From: Batkoa obscura
Lineage: Eukaryota
Assembly (NCBI GenBank): GCA_030770535.1
Contig: JASVEC010000026.1
Span: 248,001-312,000, forward strand
DNA length: 64,000 bases
Direction of reading: 5' to 3'
Shown piece after piece: positions 60,599 to 64,000 of the stretch; position 1 is the stretch's first letter, and each line of letters begins with the position of its first letter. A program made the translations under genes and the position numbers. The notes under the pieces were generated by a model. That model made no database searches. It saw only the letters and a program-made list of their open reading frames with translations, and was not told the origin of the DNA.

Positions 60599-61108
60599 AT
60601 GGATTACTCAACTACTACTCCTTCATTTTACACTAATCAATATGATTCTAATTTGTCATGTTCTCCTGAAAGTGAATTAAGTTATAATAACGACCCAATG
60701 TTATTTTCTAATGACTATTCAATGAACAATACTAACTATTATAACAACTTGATAGATTTAAACTCAAACAGATTTGTTTCATATCAGCCTGTGAATTGTT
60801 TAATAGCACCAACTTATTCACCTGTTTCATTATTTTCATCAGAGACACTGAATAATCATATAGAAAGTGATATTAAAAAACAAAGAAAAGAAATAATAAA
60901 ACAAAGGATACAAAACAAATATTATAATAAGTATAGATCCTATAATAGCAAACCAAATAACAACAAACATCAAAGTAATAATATATTAAAAAGATGTATT
61001 AATAATCATATTGCTATCCCTGCTTCTTTGAGTTATAATATTAAATCAGTTTCAAATGTAAACACATTACATTCATTTCAAGTTGCTAACCCTTGGCATC
61101 CCTATTAA
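60599..61108 (+). CDS. Hypothetical intronless 169-aa protein, N/S/Y-rich with a basic segment
   Basis: Good start context (AAAAAAATG), TATAAA about 90 bp upstream, AATAAA downstream; no recognised domain. Confidence 0.6.
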   Translation: MDYSTTTPSFYTNQYDSNLSCSPESELSYNNDPMLFSNDYSMNNTNYYNNLIDLNSNRFVSYQPVNCLIAPTYSPVSLFSSETLNNHIESDIKKQRKEIIKQRIQNKYYNKYRSYNSKPNNNKHQSNNILKRCINNHIAIPASLSYNIKSVSNVNTLHSFQVANPWHPY

Positions 61109-64000
61109 GTTGATTTAAATGATCTTTTAATGTTTACTTATCTCTATCTTGTACTGTTTCTATTTTGGTGTAAATAAATTAAAATAAATTTTTCAATTAG
61201 TACCATTTTTTATTCTTAATGATTTAATTATTTGTATATTATTGAGTTTGAATTACCACCCTTAATTTTTATATGAATTATAATTTATTGACATAATTTA
61301 TCCATTTTTTATTCTTTGAATTTATTTAACTTTGATTTCGTTGATTTTCCTTATGCCATACTATTGGTTTAACATCGATCAACTTACATAATGTAATAAG
61401 GATCTATTATTATGTATTACCATACATTACTTATAAGTAATATTGTGATATTTCATCTATTAAGTAGTAATGAAGGAGAACAATATTGACATTTAAATGT
61501 AATAGAAAATTACAAAATAATAAAATTACAGAAATTATGGGTTATTTTTTTAACATTAGTCCAATTTATGCAACTTTTCTTACTGGATTTAGAAAACACT
61601 ATTTTCATAAAATTAGATGGTAAAAACAAATCAAGCACTATTATTTTTTACAAATATAACAGTACAGAAAAAGCTTACAGCGAAGCGGAAAAAGTCTTTA
61701 AATGTTTATTGATACATCTGATACATTTCTTCCTCTGAAATTCGGGGTTAAAACCCTCAGGGGGGTGATCAGAGGTAAAAGCCCATAGGGGCGTGTATTG
61801 CTATTTTTGAACTTAAAACTTTCCGTTGCTAAGACAATTAGTCAAAAAGGCTGCTTTTTAAGCAAAAGACAAAACTGAGTAAAAATAAATTTAGTGTAAG
61901 GTTTCTAAATCTGTTTTTTTTAGCGATCATCAGTATAGTTACTAAATAAACCACAAATTTTAGTCTAATTTAATTTGAAATGTAACATTTTAAATTAAGC
62001 ATCGATGGTGTAAAGTTGCTTTTTAAAGGCAGTGATCGATATGCTAAAATAATTTAATATATATAAAATTAATTTTTCAGAATAGCATTTTTAAAAATAA
62101 GGCTTTTAGCGTAATATCGGTATGCTACTTTATATAGTTAATTATAAGTATCTTTTTTGCAGGGAGGTTGTTATAATGGGCTGTTTATTTTAGACCATTC
62201 TTTAAAATAGTTTATTTGGTTTTAAAGATTTAAAAAATAAAATTTTAAGTTCAAAACTAAAGAGCTTCTTTTAAACAAAGTATCTACTTTTCCCGAAGTG
62301 GACCTTACAAGTTTACTATATTCCCTCTAATTTGGTGCTTAGTATTTAGCTTCCTTCAAGCGTACCTAGTGTTTTTATAACTTATTTTCATATACATCTC
62401 AGAAACCATTGGCCTTTAAAATTTAAAACAATTTATTTAAACAATTTATTGTTACGGAAATATTCACATTTCTAATTATTTTAACTATTTTCGAAATAAA
62501 ACTGAATTTGTATCAATTTACAATTAAATAAAAAGTTGGCTATAAAATGCTAGCATGTGCTATATTTATTCAGGTATGGCTTATTCCGATATGTTTTCAC
62601 TATAAGGTGAGATGCTAGCAGAGAAAGGTGTGTGTTCTTTAAATTTATAAGAGGATTAATGTTCAATTTTGTTTCATTAACTTGAACCATTATGTAATGT
62701 TTAATAATAAAAAAATCTTAAAATTCATATATAGGCTCGTATATTATAAATCAATTTAAAAGATCCTTTTCATAAATAATAGGATTTAAATATAAATAAA
62801 GTTCTTTACTGATCCCATTTTTAGTTTTTAATATATATGTTCAAAGTTTAAATTTTATATAATATACAATATTATATTATATTATATTATATGTATATTT
62901 TTATTTAACAAACTAATTAGTGCCGTTTTTTAGACTTAAATATTAAACATGATGGTTTGTAAAACCAGTCTTTATATGCGATTATTATTTTTGTTCCAGT
63001 GTTTACCAAATATAGTTCGGCTTATACCTGATTTAGAAAGCTTTCATCAGATAGCCTCCTTTTCTTCCCATTGTGAAGTAAAACTTCCTCTCTTCTCTTT
63101 TCCCATTTAACATATATTCCCGAAATAAAACACTGTTCGTTTCGGATAAGGATAAAAAACGCTTAAGTTTATGTTATATAAAAAGGAACACAGGTAAATG
63201 ATACTAAAAAATAAATTCCCAATTTATCTTAAATAATAAAAATGTCATATTTTATATACCAATTGCTCTTTTGTTATCGAATTGTAGCTATAAGTTCTAG
63301 CACCATGTGAGTGAAATAATATTATAGAGAAAAAACACATGAAAAAGGACGACTATTGAGCAATAATTTATTTGATAATTAAAGTGGTTTCAGTATTTTG
63401 TTTAGCCTTAGTTTTACCACGCGTTTCATATTCCTATATTATTCCTCTGGTTTGAAGAAGATAGTCCTGAACTTAGTTCAGTTTCTAACATAGCATTACC
63501 TATAAAGCTATATCAATGCCAGAATAAATATCAAACTGTCTACTGGAACCTCTTCTTCAAGCTTTGACTTTAAATCTACTTGTTAAACTTTTATATGTCT
63601 TAGCTAATGGTGATTGAAAAGTAGGATCAAAGTAGAAGGCTACGAAATTAAGTGTTTCAGGCAATGCTGATCCTATATAGACCAAATATCTAAGTACTCA
63701 TTGGACAACCTAATGAAGTTAGTATATATTTGTGTGACAACACTAAAGTATATGTGAGTATCATAGTAAATGGGTATAATGCTCTAAATGAAAGTCAAAC
63801 TATGTACGTGGAAATTTACTAAAAATTAAATTCTTAACCCCATTTTCGCTACGTTTTTTATAGTTTTATTTGATATTTCTATTCTTCTAAAAAACTCATG
63901 CTTTTCAATAATAATCACATTTTTATTTAATTTGATCTCAACCAAAATCACGATAATCATCAAGTCATTACAATGGCGTGGGTAAGCTGAAGTACCAGTA

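Noticed and set aside
61680..61800. Small GC-rich hairpins (GGGGTTAAAACCC, GCCCATAGGGGC)
   Set aside because: Possibly a decayed transposon interior, but no ends or second copy were found.

Overview
Very AT-rich eukaryotic nuclear DNA with short GT-AG introns. The gene content and style suggest an early-diverging fungus, possibly Zoopagomycota/Entomophthoromycotina; this is inference only. Intact genes: an unknown intron-rich alpha-helical protein running off the left edge, NDUFA2 (complex I B8), an RsmH/METTL15-like methyltransferase, CENP-C/Mif2, cystathionine beta-lyase, two tandem MCT-type MFS transporters, a forkhead TF, a Myb-like + U-box protein, mitochondrial EF-Tu, an RPA34-like Pol I subunit, cyclin H, a DHA2 MFS, 14-3-3 with micro-exons, a secreted S41-type peptidase, an orphan ORF and tRNA-Met(CAT). 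Decayed genes: three F-box/LRR copies and one S41 copy. The intergenic DNA is dense with non-autonomous mobile elements. (i) 22 full-length or near-full-length copies of a ~100-bp MITE with GGG/GAG...CCC/CTC ends and a demonstrable 4-bp TSD, including one nested copy, plus a ~270-bp relative with the same ends. (ii) Five copies of a ~430-550-bp TGTGAAA...TTTCACA element (solo-LTR or Ginger-like) arranged as closely spaced inverted pairs whose members are locally homogenised. (iii) Several single-copy foldback/MITE palindromes. The recurring unexplained pattern is local sequence homogenisation between neighbouring repeats together with transition-biased decay. No transposase, CRISPR array or rRNA gene was recognised. 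All coordinates were read by eye, so exon boundaries may be off by a few bases.
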